From Macrostomum lignano (lineage: Eukaryota), in the NCBI GenBank assembly GCA_002269645.1, contig NIVC01001075.1:1-64000 (forward strand): a DNA stretch of 64,000 nt. Direction: 5' to 3'. The notes below the pieces were generated by a model. It worked only from the letters and a program-made list of their open reading frames with translations. It ran no database searches and was not told the origin of the DNA. Below, piece by piece: positions 39,746-52,789 of the stretch. Both the position numbers and the translations under genes were made by a program. Position 1 is the stretch's first letter. Each line of letters opens with the position of its first letter.

Positions 39746-42700
39746 CTAAGCCTCGTCATCCGGCTGACTGCGCAGGCGCAGCCTCGCGAAGTCTTCGAAT
39801 ACCAGATCCTCGTCTCCGGCAGGTTTTGCCGCGGTCTTGTCGGGCTGGTCCTGACCGTCCAGCTGGATCAGGTTCCCCTCGGCCGGTGGTGCCTCGGAGC
39901 CGCCGGCGTCTCCCGCATCGGGTGTCGCCGTCGCGGGTTCCTCAGTCTCGTCGTCGACCTCGTCCAGCTCGTCCGGCGGTTTCGGGTGGGTCAGCACAAA
40001 CGGCAGCTCCAGGCAGACGTCGGACGAACCAAAGCCGAGCACTAGGCGGACCTTGACTCGATAGTTGACTACGATGCCGAGGTTCTCCTTGGACTGGCTG
40101 GAGTCCTTCATGATGGTGCTGCTGGCCAGGTTCGTGTCCTCGTGCTTCAGCTGACCGTCGAGTGCCAGGCCACGTTTGTCGCGGTTGTTCGCCAGCAGCG
40201 GGCAGACGTGGAAGACGCGGCACCAGCCAGTCTGGCCGGGCCCGATCGGGAAGCCCTCCTCAGATTCGATCTCGGCCACGTTGCACTTGTAACTATTGGG
40301 GCTGAACAGGCAGATGTCAGCCACTTGTCGAACTGAGATTCGAACTTTTTTTAGCCGTCTTTCCGGTGTTGTTGTCAACGAGTAGATTGACCGCGATCGA
40401 TTCGCCGTGGTAGTACTTCTCCTTGTCGAGGCTGGCCTCCAGGCGCAGGGTGCCTGCGCTCATGCGGAACTCCTTCGTTACCTGCGAAATGGCAAGATCG
40501 CACGGCGCGATCAGATTCACACTTTGAACTTTTCATGATCGCTGTGACCTGCTCTGGTTTCTCTTACCCATGACTGCTCGCACCCCTACCCTGATTGCTC
40601 ACACCCCTAACCTGATTGCTCACACCCCTACCCATGATTGCTCACACCCCTAACCTGATTGCTCACACCCCTAACCTGATTGCTCACACCCCTACCCATG
40701 ATTGTTCACACCCCTACCCTGATTGTTCACACCCTACCCTGATTGCTCACACCCCTAACCTGATTGCTCACACCCCTACCCATGATTGCTCACACCCCTA
40801 CCCTGATTTCTCACACCCCTACCCTGATTGCTCACACCCCTACCCTGATTTCTCACACCCCTACCCTGATTGCTCACACCTCTAATCTGGCTGCTCATAT
40901 CTATAGACTTGTTGCTCATATCTCTAATCTTGTTGGTCATATCTATACTCTGATTGCTCATATATATACTCTGGTTGGTCATATATATACTCTGGTTGGT
41001 CATATCTCTAATCTGGCTGATCATATCTATACTCTGGTTGCTTATATCTCTAACCTGGCTGCTCATATCTATAATCTGGCTGCTCATATATATATACTCT
41101 GGTTGGTCATATCTATACTCTGATTGCTCTTATCTATACTTTGGTTGCTCATATCTCTAATCTGGTTGCTCATATCTATACTTTGGTTGCTCCGAGTCAA
41201 CATTTACAGCTTAATTTCCAAGAAAACCCTTTTAGTGCTTAAGTTGTCCCGTTTATAGGTTGTCCTCAAGCGGCACTTCAAAGCCAATGGAACCGCGGCC
41301 TGTTTGCAGCCGCCTGCACATTTAGCTCTGGATAGTCAAGTACAGAGCTGCAGATGGGGCAAAACAATTATAGTTGTTGTACCCCTGTAGTCAATAGCCG
41401 GCATTCAGTCGCTCTCAGCATAGCGGATCCCATCGGGATGGGCGCAGAGCATTCAAGCCTGAATCAGCATCAACCGCCCTCAGCATCCGGCACAACCCCC
41501 TCCGCCCCCCATCCATCCCCTTCCTTCGTCTCCAATGCAAATTTTGCTATTTGATGTTTTTATGAGCTCTTGAAAGCGATTGCGCACATTTTTCTGTCCC
41601 TACCCTGTGCCCTTATCTCTGCTTATCCATTTCTCTTCATAGATTTAAGCCTGTATATGTTTCAAACCCCTACGAGTATTTCCCATAGCATCAAGCGTTT
41701 ATTATTTAGCAAAAAATGAATTCCCAATAGTAGGCAGTCAGCCAAGTCAATGTGTGTGACGTAGCTGCTAGATAAAAATAGACACATTCAGCTTGTGTCT
41801 TGAAGAAGCATAAAATTCTATTTGTTCGGCAGCCGAATTACCACCCCTGATTTCGAAGCTGCGCTGCATACCGAAGCTATAGCTCTTGACAGTAGGCAGA
41901 AGTTGCTTTAAAAGATCTTCCTTCAAGGTCTGAGGCTTGGTTTGAGCAGCAATCTCGTATTTGAGCCGCGCGAGTCGGAAAATACACTGTCGAAAAAAAC
42001 TGTCTTCAAAAAATTGGCGATAGCGGACCTGACTTTCATTGGCACCCACTCTTTCCTTCGATTGTTGGCTTTCATGGACGGAAGAATCATACGAAAAATT
42101 TACCTATAAGACTTTTTTAACGCGGAGCTGGGTCGGACCCGTTGTCGCACTTCGCTAGTCCAAATCTTTTATAGATAAATGGTAAAGATAAAAAGATTCC
42201 GATCGATAAAGTAGACTAAGAGCCACCCTTTGCTGCGCCAGTAAGCAACTTCTCTCGGACTAAAGACTATTCTGAATTAACCATTGTAGTTCGAATGTTG
42301 CTACCTGGTTAACGAAACTCGTAAATAAACGATTTTGTCGCAACTGTTCAGCAATCTGCGGAGTCCCTCTGCTGAACTCTTGGCTTTACAAAGTGTCAGA
42401 CATGCTCGATGGGTTCGTGTCTGGAGGAGAGACTACGATCACCGATGGCTTTCTAAACTTTTTGAGTCATGTGGCAGTGTGAGTTAGACGGGGCGTTGGG
42501 GTAAAATGGCCTCTACTGCTCACCTCAGCAGTGGGCTGCGGCCCGGGCTCCTCTGGCGCATAGGTGAGCTTCCGGATGGCCAGGGTGACAGTGCTCCTTT
42601 TGTGCGTCTTCCCGTCAGCTTGGTCGGCAACGTAAGTCTTTAACTCGTAGTCCACGCCGCACGGCTTGCCACCGTCGTTAGCCCCCGGCTGCAGGGTGAC

Positions 42701-43525
42701 GGACGCCGGGCTCTGCTGGGGCGGCAGCTCAAAGTAGAATGGATGCGCGTTCTCGCCAAGCTTCTTCATCAGGCGCTTCTGCAGCCGGGTCGGCGGTCTG
42801 GTGTCCTCCCCAACGGCGGGCAGACCTGCATGCAGGCGATGTACAGGTCCTTGCGGAATGTCAGGCCCAGGACGTCGAGGTCCTCGCGTCCGTAGCGGAA
42901 TGCGGCGAGAACGTGGACGAAAACCTCCAAAAATGTAAGCGGGGTGAGGTGGTGCTAGTTCGATGACGCAGCACTCACACAGGATGCACACGTGACAACT
43001 AAAGTACGATTTCAGTGCTTTAGTACTTTAGTTTACCGTGGGTGCACACACAGTGATCACGATCATATTAATAATAGTAATTGCAAGAAGGTTGCGGGCA
43101 CCCAGGTGCAACGTCTTCGGCGAAATCGTCCCACATCCAGCTCCGAGGCGATTCTGCCATTCCGCTCACACAGGGTGTACAGCAGTCCTGACTTTCTGGA
43201 ATGTGCACTCTCTGTGCCTTGTGGATTGGCCATCATGGCTGTGAATCGCACGACACAAGGAATTCCAACCAAGGGTCGTGACGCGAGAGTCAGACGCGTT
43301 TATCGCTGATCAGTTTCTCACCTTGCGATCCTTGATGTAGTCTGGATCCACAAGCACAACCCCATCGATTGGGTCGACTCGGGTCAAATGATCGACGAAG
43401 TCTCTCTTGCTGAGGTAAGTAGTAATCTTGTTGTTGGGCGAATTTTTCTTGAACACTCGAGTGCCACTGGATGGAATTCGTTTTGGATCGCTGCTGCTCT
43501 GGTCTGCCGCGCCGCTGGTTGCCAT
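39746..43525 (-). CDS. ARRB: Beta-arrestin (non-visual, kurtz-like; ~446 aa, 3 exons), with two homopolymer frameshifts in this sequence
   Basis: Exons 43322-43525, 42524-42924, 39746-40481. Motifs: [53 protein letters not shown]...[37 protein letters not shown], clathrin box LIQLD and AP-2 motif [13 protein letters not shown]. The frame is restored by adding one G at 42808-42811 and removing one A at 40346-40352. Confidence 0.93.
40565..41190. repeat. 21-bp minisatellite with a polar sequence gradient in arrestin intron 2
   Basis: ctgattgctcacacccctacc units shift to ctggttgctcatatctata-type units from ~40880. Confidence 0.9.
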
Positions 43526-43655
43526 TTTGTTGCTATGAAGCCAAACTGTCCGGGTACTGCAATTTCAATTTCAGCCGGGTGCCCGATGATGTTCTGGACT
43601 AAGGACTGAGTCAGACGCACAAGAGGATACCCACCGGTCAGGACTAAGGCACGCT

Positions 43656-44400
43656 ATTCATGAGGACACACACCTCTCAGGACTGAATCAAGATACTCAT
43701 GAGGACACACACCTCTCAGGACTGAATCAAGATACTCATGAGGACACACACCTCTCAGGACTGAATCAAGATACTCGTGAGGACACACACCTCTCAGGAC
43801 TGAATCAAGATACTTGTGAGAATACACACCTCTGAGGACTGAATCAAGATACTCGTGAGGACACACACCCCTGAGGACTGAATCAAGATACTCGTGAGAA
43901 CACACTTCTCTCAGGACTGAATCAAGATACTCGTGAGGACACACACCCCTGAGGACTGAATCAAGATACTCGTGAGAACACACATCTCTCAGGACTGAAT
44001 CAAGATACTCGTGAGAACACACCCCTGAGGACTGAATCAAGATACTCGTGAGGACACACACCTCTCAGGACTGAATCAAGATACTCGTGAGGACACACAC
44101 CTCTCAGGACTGAATCAAGATACTCGTGAGGACACACACCCCTGAGGACTGAATCAAGATACTCGTGAGAACACACCCCTGAGGACTGAATCAAGATACT
44201 CGTGAGAACACACATCTCTCAGGACTGAATCAAGATACTCGTGAGGACACACACCTCTCAGGACTGAATCAAGATACTCGTGAGAACACACCCCTGAGGA
44301 CTGAATCAAGATACTCGTGAGAACACACACCCCTGAGGACTGAATCAAGATACTCGTGAGAACACGCACCCCTGAGGACTAAATCAAGCTACTCATGAGG
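43656..44400. repeat. 39-bp minisatellite (~19 copies) upstream of the arrestin ATG
   Basis: Unit aggactgaatcaagatactcgtgaggacacacacctctc with 2-nt deletion variants. Confidence 0.95.
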
Positions 44401-45299
44401 ACATTCGAGCCTCAGGCGATCCTGCTGCCAACGCACTATCTGATAAATAATTTGTTGCTGCTTTAAAACAGTACTTTCGACTCAATCCTATTTTCTATCG
44501 CACAATATTGATTGGCAAAGCTGTTGCTTGGTCACTATCGACTAATCTCTCAGGGTGTGGCTGCTGGGGGCACCGGCTCGTCCTCTCGTGCTGCGCCTCA
44601 TATGTCTGCATGCCTACCTGCCTAAGGCAGGTTCTGATTTCCCGAAAATATTGAAAAGCTTGTGTTGCACCGAAGCCTCTCATTCTCTCTGTCAAGCCAT
44701 ATACCGTGCTCATTTCTTCGCATGTAGATCTTTTGGACCCATGCCCTGCTAAGCGTGCAGCCTGCGCTCAAAGCAGGAAAAAATCTGGGGGGGGGGTGGG
44801 GTGACAAAGGTGTGGTCGCTTTGTCCCCCATCTGTTCGATCCTTTTCTTGTCGTCATCTTTTTCTACTGCAGATTCTCGCGGGTCTCCTTTGGGCTTGGG
44901 CTCTGGGCGCAAGCAGCTTGAGTCTATATTTAGTGTTGCCGCCTGGGTCCGATGGAGCAGGCACACAGGCGAAGCCCACACTGACTAACTCGCCCTTCAT
45001 GCCCGTTAGGGTTAGAGCGGAATGGGAGGAAGCTGGGATGCAGCATCTTCTTGGCATGCTCGCTGCTTGGAGAGGGGGGCGGGTCGGGGCAAAGATAGCT
45101 AATGCGATTAATCAAATCCAATTCCTGCATCAGATGGGACAAGCCGGAGGACTTCAACCTCCTCACCTACGGAGCACCCTCTGAACCCCCTTGTGGGAAA
45201 GGAAAGTGCGCGTTTACACAGCAAGACTTGAGACAGTTGCAGCACTGTCTGTAACCTACTCTGGGAGGTGACACTGCTCACACAATGCAGTTGCAGCAC

Positions 45300-45668
45300 T
45301 GTCTGTAATCTGTCTGCAACCTACTCTGGGAGTCTGCAACCTGCTCTGGGAGTCTGTAGCCTACTCTGGGAGTCTGTAGCCTACTCTGGGAGTCTGTAGC
45401 CTACTCTGGGAGTCTGTAGCCTACTCTGGGAGTCTGTAACCTACTCTGGGAGTCTATAACCTACTCTGGGAGTCTGTAACCTACTCTGGGAGTCTGTAAC
45501 CTACTCTGGGAGTCTGTAACCTACTCTGGGAGTCTGTAACCTACTCTGGGAGTCTGTAACCTACTCTGGGAGTCTGTAACCTACTCTGGGAGTCTGTAAC
45601 CTACTCTGGGAGTCTGTAACCTACTCTGGGAGTCTGTAACCTACTCTGGGAGGTGACACTGCTCACAC
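45300..45668. repeat. 20-bp minisatellite
   Basis: Unit ctactctgggagtctgtaac. The segment cctactctgggaggtgacactgctcacac occurs both before (~45255) and after (~45640) the array. Confidence 0.95.
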
Positions 45669-47506
45669 GCTAAAGCAAAATAAACCACACATTAATTGAG
45701 TTTTTGATACATATAGAGCAAAATATTCGTGAGGTTTTAAACTCTCTCCCCATAAATTATTCCGTCTGTACGGTACTTCTCCCCCAGGGCCTCACTGAGT
45801 AACTTACGCAAGATTTTCGGCTTACCCAGCCAAGAAAGGTATTAGCGGCGCTGCCTGACTCAGTTCAAGGGGCAAAGCCGGGCTCAGAAGATCAGAGGCT
45901 GGAGTGCGGGCGGGACTGAAAAAGCTGGCCGGAAGCTTGTTGGAAGGAAATAAGTGATGATGAAGAGCGGTCGACTATATGCAAAATCTTTCTTCTGAAT
46001 TTCCAAGCGGGGGGCCGGATGATCGCTGCTTCCTTCTCTGTGTTTTTGGACTACAGTATTTGAAATCGCTGCTCGTGGTTGGGACGACTTTGAAGCGAGA
46101 GAAAGGGAGGTAGGGAGGGAGGAGAGCACTTCGGGAATGGGGGGAGAATGGAGGATGGCCCGAGCTAGTGGTTGGCCCCTGAAATGATGGGATGGATGGG
46201 CTGGGCAGGAGAGAAGAGAGAGAGAGCCAGAGAGCCAGTTGTTCAGCTCTCGAGTAATGGAGAAGTTCGCCAAATGTATGCTTACAGACAGCTATGGGAG
46301 AAAGGTGAGGTTTTAGAGAGATAGAAAGAGCGGGTGGATGGACAGAGACAGATCTAGAGAGAAACCCATGGCAAACAAGCGAGTTGAGCAGCGAACTCAA
46401 ACTACTCTTTTCGCCATTCGTACCTGTTCCCGTTCCGTGTTACCAGTGCAACTCGCAATCCTCTTTAGGGACCTGCACAGAGCGGGGTTGCAGCTTCTTT
46501 GCTTGAAAATCGGGGATCGAAGAGGCGGGAAGAAGAGGGAAGCGTCTTACCAAAATGGGAACATCTGGCAGTATTTTTTGGCATCATGCCTTTTATAGCC
46601 AGTGGTTATTCGTTAGAAATTCGATTTTGGGAAAGGCAGTATTAGGTACAGCATGCCTGTCGATTCTGCGTGACTAGCTTTGTCCATCAGCTACTGACAT
46701 GTCTTACTTCATCAGTGGACGAATATGGCCACAGCAATTCTTAAACACTTTTTGACCTCAAAGTACGTCTACAAGGAAGCTGTTTGAGTTCTATTTTACT
46801 TTGGCCTCTCTCCTAGTTTGGTTGCTAATTTATGTGTGCCTCCCAGGGTCTGTTCGATTTCTCAACGTCCTTTCCTTGCTGCGCCCTTTCCCTCCAATTA
46901 AACCAGTGGAATTCCAATTAAACAAGGGCCAATAAGGACAGGCACAGGACGAGAGCGCATCACATGATTTCGGTTCTTTGTCGCACTAAAAAATACGAGC
47001 GAGAGGATTTCACGTATTCTATACTCACTGTACTGTTTGGTACTACTTAGAGTATTAACAAAGCACTCGCGAAATAAATTTACGTGGAATTATTTTATTG
47101 ATAAGCTTTATTTCTCGTAGATTAAAATTTCGCATTGCACTTTTAAAAATTTTACCCCGCCAACAAGTCTGTCAAGTTAGCAGAACGAAAGATAGACAGA
47201 GATGCTTATTCAAATAGGCTCCCTCTGCGAGCTGCGACACTCTGAGCCATAGACAGTTTGCTGAAGCCAAAGTGCAGACTTGATCGGTGCGCGAAGCATA
47301 GCACTGAGCAGCTCTGGCTCAAGTCTCAGCCATAGACGCACAGATTTTCAGCTACGTACAGGACTCCGAGATAGGCGCTTGAAGACTAGTGAGCCCGAGC
47401 AGCGACCAGCTTATAAGTCAATCGGACCGAAAGCTCTGTCCCTTCGCACCCATCGGATTGATCGCCTTTCGCTCGAAGCCGGGTCCCCATTAGCAAAGCC
47501 AGCAAG

Positions 47507-48935
47507 ATGCGCGAGATCGTTCACATGCAAGCCGGCCAGTGCGGCAATCAAATCGGAGCCAAGGTGAGTCGTCCTGATAATCTTTCTGACTATCGACTAC
47601 TGGCGGTTTAAACTTAGTATTTTCTTATCGTAATTAATACGCATTTTTGCATTGCAGTTCTGGGAGGTGATCTCAGATGAGCACGGTATCGACCCCACCG
47701 GCACCTACCATGGAGACTCGGACCTGCAGCTGGAGCGAATCTCTGTCTACTATAACGAGGCAACTGGCGGAAAATACGTGCCGAGGGCTGTCCTCATCGA
47801 CCTGGAGCCCGGCACCATGGAGAGTGTCCGGTCCACTGCTTTCGGCATGCTGTTCCAGCCCGACAACCTTGTGTTCGGCAAGAGCGGCGCCGGCAACAAC
47901 TGGGCCAAGGGCTACTACACGGAGGGCGCCGAGATCATTGAGAAGATCATGGACGTTGTTCGCAAGGAGTGCGAAGGTTGCGAATGCCTGCAGGGCTTCC
48001 AGATAACCCACTCGCTCGGGGGCGGCACCGGTTCCGGCCTGGGATCCCTCTTGCTCAGCAAAATTCGCGAGGAGTACCCCGACCGCATCATGAGTTCCTA
48101 CTCTATCGTACCGTCACCCAAAGTGTCCGACACTGTTGTGGAGCCCTACAACTGCATGCTGTCTTTGCACCAGCTAGTCGAGAACACTGACGCTAGCTTC
48201 TGCATCGACAACGAGGCCCTGTACTACATCTGCTTTCACACCCTGAAGCTCGGCCAGCCGACTTACAGCGATCTGAACCATCTAGTCAGCGCTGCCATGT
48301 CCGGCACAACCACCTGCCTGCGATTCCCTGGTCAACTCAACGCTGATCTGCGCAAGCTGGCCGTCAACATGGTGCCGTTCCCGCGGCTGCACTTCTTCAT
48401 GCCCGGCTTCGCCCCGCTGACCGCTCGCGGCAGCTCCAGCTACAAGCAGGTGAACGTCGCCGAGCTCACCCAGCAGATGTTCGACGCCAAGAACATGATG
48501 GCCGCCTGCGACCCCAAGCACGGCCGCTACCTCACCGTCGCTGCCATCTTCCGCGGCCGCATGTCAACCAAGGAGGTCGACGAGCAGATGCTCAACCTTC
48601 AGAACAAGAACAGCTCCTACTTTGTCGAGTGGATTCCGAACAACGTCAAGACCGCCGTGTGCGACATCCCGCCTAGGGGTATGAAAATGTCGGTGACCTT
48701 CATCGGCAACTCCACCTCAATCCAGGAGCTGTTCAAGCGAGTCTCGGAGCAGTTCAGCGCCATGTTCAAGCGGAAGGCCTTCTTGCATTGGTACACGAAC
48801 GAGGGCATGGACGACCACGAGTTCATGGAGTCCGAGTCCAATGTCAACGATCTGGTCTCCGAGCTGCAACAGTACCAAGACGCCACCGCCGACGATGAGG
48901 GCGAGTACGAGGAAGAGGAAGAGGAGCTCGAGTAA
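47507..48935 (+). CDS. TUBB: Beta-tubulin, divergent isotype (444 aa, 2 exons)
   Basis: Exon 1 47507-47563 [19 protein letters not shown]|gtgagt; intron 47564-47657; exon 2 47658-48935. Signatures [30 protein letters not shown] and an acidic tail [12 protein letters not shown]. The MREI autoregulatory N-terminus is present. Confidence 0.98.
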
Positions 48936-49754
48936 GATCAGTGACCAGCCCAGCAACTCTGACTTTTTCAACTCAAATTCTTTGTTGAGACGTTTTTATT
49001 TTGTAAAAGCTGAACACGTGTGCCGCCCCGATAACGTCTCAGTATGCAATTATTTTATGACAACAATTCTTATTGTAAAACTTTCATTCGCCAAGATTTT
49101 CCAACAACGCCTCAAGTCTTATGCGAAGTTTTTGAACTGGTCATTATTTTCATAATAAATTTTTTTAATTTCACTGCGAGAGATTTTGCTTTTCTGCCAA
49201 AGGCTTGCCTTTTTCTTACATATTAGTTCAACAGATTTCTCGCTGAGCAAGTCGTTTAAGGCAAACAGAATTTGCGAAATTACTTTATGAATATATGAAT
49301 ACTCAAGTGCTGCAGTTGCAGAAGCGCGTGTTCCTTATTTTGCTAATCAAATTTGTCAGAAGCCTTTAATGCGGATATCCTCTTTGAAAATTCTAGTATG
49401 CCAAGTCAAAGTAAGGCCTCGGAGCCGCTCTGCTGTCAACTATGGCAGAGGCGAAATCGATGATAAAAAATAGAGAATCTTGCTAGATTAGGCTGGGGCA
49501 TGATGGCGGCATGAGGAGTGCGAGTACGTGTTGTTGCTAACTGCTTGCCCGTCTGTCTGCACTCGCCTCGCAATTAGGCAAACCGCGGTAGATTAGCAAT
49601 GTAACAAGGGAAGTAGGAAATAGGAAGAATAGGAAAATGCTCCATAGCAACCGCGGCTCATTAGGGAGCGCAAACCAACAACTCAATGTAGTGCTGGTAC
49701 ATTCGAACAGGAATTCGGTGGTTAAGTAAACTCAAATAGACTGTCTTCTACTTA

Positions 49755-50165
49755 CTTCCTTGCTCCCTTCCCCTCTCCCTTCTTCTCTCCCTTCTTCTCT
49801 CCCTTCTTTTCTCCCTTCCTCTCTCTCTTCCCCTCTCCCTTCTTCTCTACTTCTCCTCTCCCTTCTTCTCTCCCTTCTTTTCTCCCTTCCCCTCTCTCTT
49901 CCCCTCTCCCTTCTTCTCTCCCTTCTTTTCTCCCTTCCCCTTTCCCTTCTTCTCTCCCTTCTTCTCTCCCTTCTTTTCTCCCTTCCCCTCTCCCTTCCCT
50001 CTCCCTTCCTCTCTCTCTTCCCCTCTCCCTTCTTCTCTCCCTTCTTCTCTTCCTTCCTCTCTCCCTTCCCCCTCCCTTCTCTCCCTTCCCCCTCCCTTCT
50101 CTCCCTTCCCCCTCCCTTTTCTCCCTTCCCCTCTCAATTCTACTCTCCCTTCCCCTCTCCCCCTT
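49755..50165. repeat. Polypyrimidine low-complexity repeat between the convergent tubulin and Na/K-beta genes
   Basis: Almost exclusively C/T (ctccctt, cttctct motifs). Confidence 0.95.
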
Positions 50166-50455
50166 TTTCGTAGCTATCTCTCGTGTAAAATTTATCACCA
50201 GAACATTCAAATGCCATAATAAAAATACAATAAGAACTGAAATAATTTAGCGAAGACACATCTGCGAATAGTGTAATTTGATTTTTACTTTCAGTCGTTT
50301 AATAGTTTGGATGTCTGAAGTTTTATAACAATCCTGACAGTATATAGTTAATTTTATGACGCTACGATCGTACTATCAGTAGCTGTAAAATTACGAGTTG
50401 TCATGATTTCTACACATGGACTACTACAAGGACAGTTACATGAGTAATATTTGAA

Positions 50456-52036
50456 CTAATCAAACAGAAATTGCAGACTGGACTGCGTGCTGTCGTTCGC
50501 CAGTGCTGAGTTGGCCAGCGAGCAGTTCAGCACGAAGCTGCGACCTCGAGGTGGTCGGACAACCTGCACCATCACCATGGGCGGCAGGTAGAATGATTCG
50601 TCGCTTGGGTATGGAAAGTAGAACCTGCGGATTGGAAAATGGCAATGTGAGCTGAGTTCAATGTGGAGATGCGAGATGGGAGATAGGAGATGGGAGATGG
50701 GAGATGGGAGATGGGAGATGGGAGATGGGAGATAGGAGATGGGAGATGGGAGATAGGAGATGGGAGATGGGAGATGGGGGATGGGAGATGGGAGATGGGA
50801 GATGGGAGATGGGAGATGGGAGATGGGAGATGGGAGATGGAGATGGGAGATAGAGATGTGAGATGGGAGATGAGAGAAAGAGATGGGAGATGAGAGAAAG
50901 AGATGGGAGATGGAGACGCGAGATAGAGATAGGAGATGGGAGATGGGAGATTAGAAAGTGAGAAAGGAGATGGAGACGGGAGATAGAGATGGGAGATGGG
51001 AGATGATAGATGGGAGATGAGAGATGGGAGATAAGAGATGGAGCTGATGAGAGATGAGAGATGGGAGATGGGAGATGGGAGATAGGAGATGGGAGATGTG
51101 AGATGTGAGATGTGAGATTGGAATGAGAGAAAGGAGTTGATGTATGGAAGGTGGCAACAGTCAACCCGTCTGTAACTCGACAAAGATCTCACAAGACTAC
51201 CTGGGAAAGTAGCCGTACATCTGTCCGTGATGCGCCACTCTGGGGTGGTACTTCAGCTCCAGTTCCTCGCCACCAGCGCCACCCCTGGTGTCAATCAGCC
51301 CAGCCCGGCAGCTCAGCAGCAAGTCTTCGGTGTAGTTGCCAGCCAGAGCGGCGCCCGGCTTCACCAGTACGCAGGGGTCGCCAACGAGATAGCCGAAGGC
51401 GGTGTACAGATTGCAGGCGCCCAGTGGGCCCGTCAGCTGCGGCACGCAGACCTCGCGTTCGGGCATCGGATAGACGCCCAGGCCGTCGCAGTCCTTGGGC
51501 CGTCGGCCGGACCTGATTAGCCGGGGGTACCAGCGTCGGATCTCGTAGTTGCTGAGCTCGCCGCCGATGCGAGCCAGGACGCCAGCGAGGTCGTCGTCGT
51601 TGCTCCTATCGAGTCGGACCAGGCCGCTGCCGCCTCCGCCGCTGCCGACCCTGCCGTTTAGACGCGGCTCCATCCGCAGGTACTCTCGCGAATCGTCCTT
51701 GCTGAGCAGCAGGCTGATGATGACGCTGAATATGGCGACGAACGCTAGCAGGATGCAGCCGCCGAGTAGCAGCTGCAGCCGGAGCTGCTTGTTGATGCGC
51801 TGCTTCTGCTCCTGGGTTTCCTCGTCCTGGGCCAGACGGAACGGATCGGCGAGCAGCTCGGCGGCGGCCGCCTCCGTCTGGTGCTGCCGGTAGCGGGCGC
51901 TTTGACGGCGTCCGAAGAACAGGTCGTGGAACTCACGTCGACAGCAGTGCTTTTGCTGCTGCTGCTGCTGCTGCTCCTGCTCCTGCTGGTCGTCTGGCTC
52001 AGACGGAGGTTCAGCAGCCGGTGGTGGCGACGACAT
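50456..52036 (-). CDS. ATP1B: Na+/K+-ATPase beta-subunit-like (nervana-like) type II membrane protein, divergent (~334 aa, 2 exons)
   Basis: Exons 51201-52036 and 50456-50624 (phase 2, ag|gtagtc...ccgcag|g). One TM (LLLGGCILLAFVAIFSVIISLLL). Six extracellular Cys in the family pattern (KDC...EVC, GACNLYTAFGYLVGDPCVLVK, LSC...LNC) and FYFPYP...YLPPMVMVQ, matching the YYPY...YLQPLxAVQ family motif. Confidence 0.8.
50665..51120. repeat. (GATGGGA)n 7-bp purine-rich repeat filling the Na/K-beta intron
   Basis: Tandem gatggga and gatagga units; reads TCCCATC on the sense strand. Confidence 0.95.
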
Positions 52037-52789
52037 TTCTGCCGGTAGAGCGGCACCCTGGTCAGGCGTTTAAGGCTGGCAGAAATATAGTTTAGGTAGG
52101 TAGTTAGGCATAGTTGACTGATTATTTATTCATGGTGACAGATAGGCTTGGCTGCTTGAGCTGGCAGTTGAGGTGGGCAGATGGAGAATACTGGGATGCT
52201 GGGATGTTACTTCCCTCTCTTGTCCCTCTGCCTCTCTCTCTCTCTCTCTCTCTCTCTTCCTCATCTCTGTCTCTTTAGCAAGCAGGACAAATAGAGTCGC
52301 AGCTAGGGAAGGGGGAGGGGCCGGTATAGCAATGGGCTGAGCACTGGCCACGGCGTTTTAGATGGCAGAATATTCTGGAAACTGGCTGGCGGGTCAAGCT
52401 TTTTGCGTTGCTAATATTTCTGTGACATACGGAACGGGTCCGACGGGTTTCCAATCCAGATGCTGACTTATGTCCAGTAGTCCATGGCCTAGTCTATAGA
52501 AGAGACAAAAGGGAGGGAAAGCGCCAAGTTCAGATCGGACGTGACTTTTTGAAAAGATTGTCCTCAGCAGGATTCTGAGTTAATCATGTCTGCCTGCCAG
52601 CCGCTAACTCTCACTGTTCATTGTTTCGAGGGCTCTTATGAGCGGCGTCCTGCCTCCTGAGCGGGAAATTACTCATATTTGTGTGATGGGATTTCGGTTG
52701 ACAGCAACGATGGCCGCCCTTCTTAATCATCCCACTAAATTAAGTATCATTGTTTCAGGATGATGCCTCCCTGTGAATCCAGAAAAATG

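Noticed and set aside
40340-40356. A7-G run in arrestin as a programmed ribosomal frameshift
   Set aside because: The required shift is +1, the run is not a correctly phased X XXY YYZ -1 site, and an extra A in a homopolymer is more simply an assembly error.
41768-42049. Possible degraded transposase fragment in arrestin intron 2 (similarly 54051-54455, 9129-9359, 12011-12229)
   Set aside because: No motif I can recognise; a BLASTX or Dfam search would be needed.
47673-48971. Antisense and alternative-frame ORFs over beta-tubulin, arrestin and the RRM exon
   Set aside because: Expected shadows of GC-rich codon usage in real coding exons.
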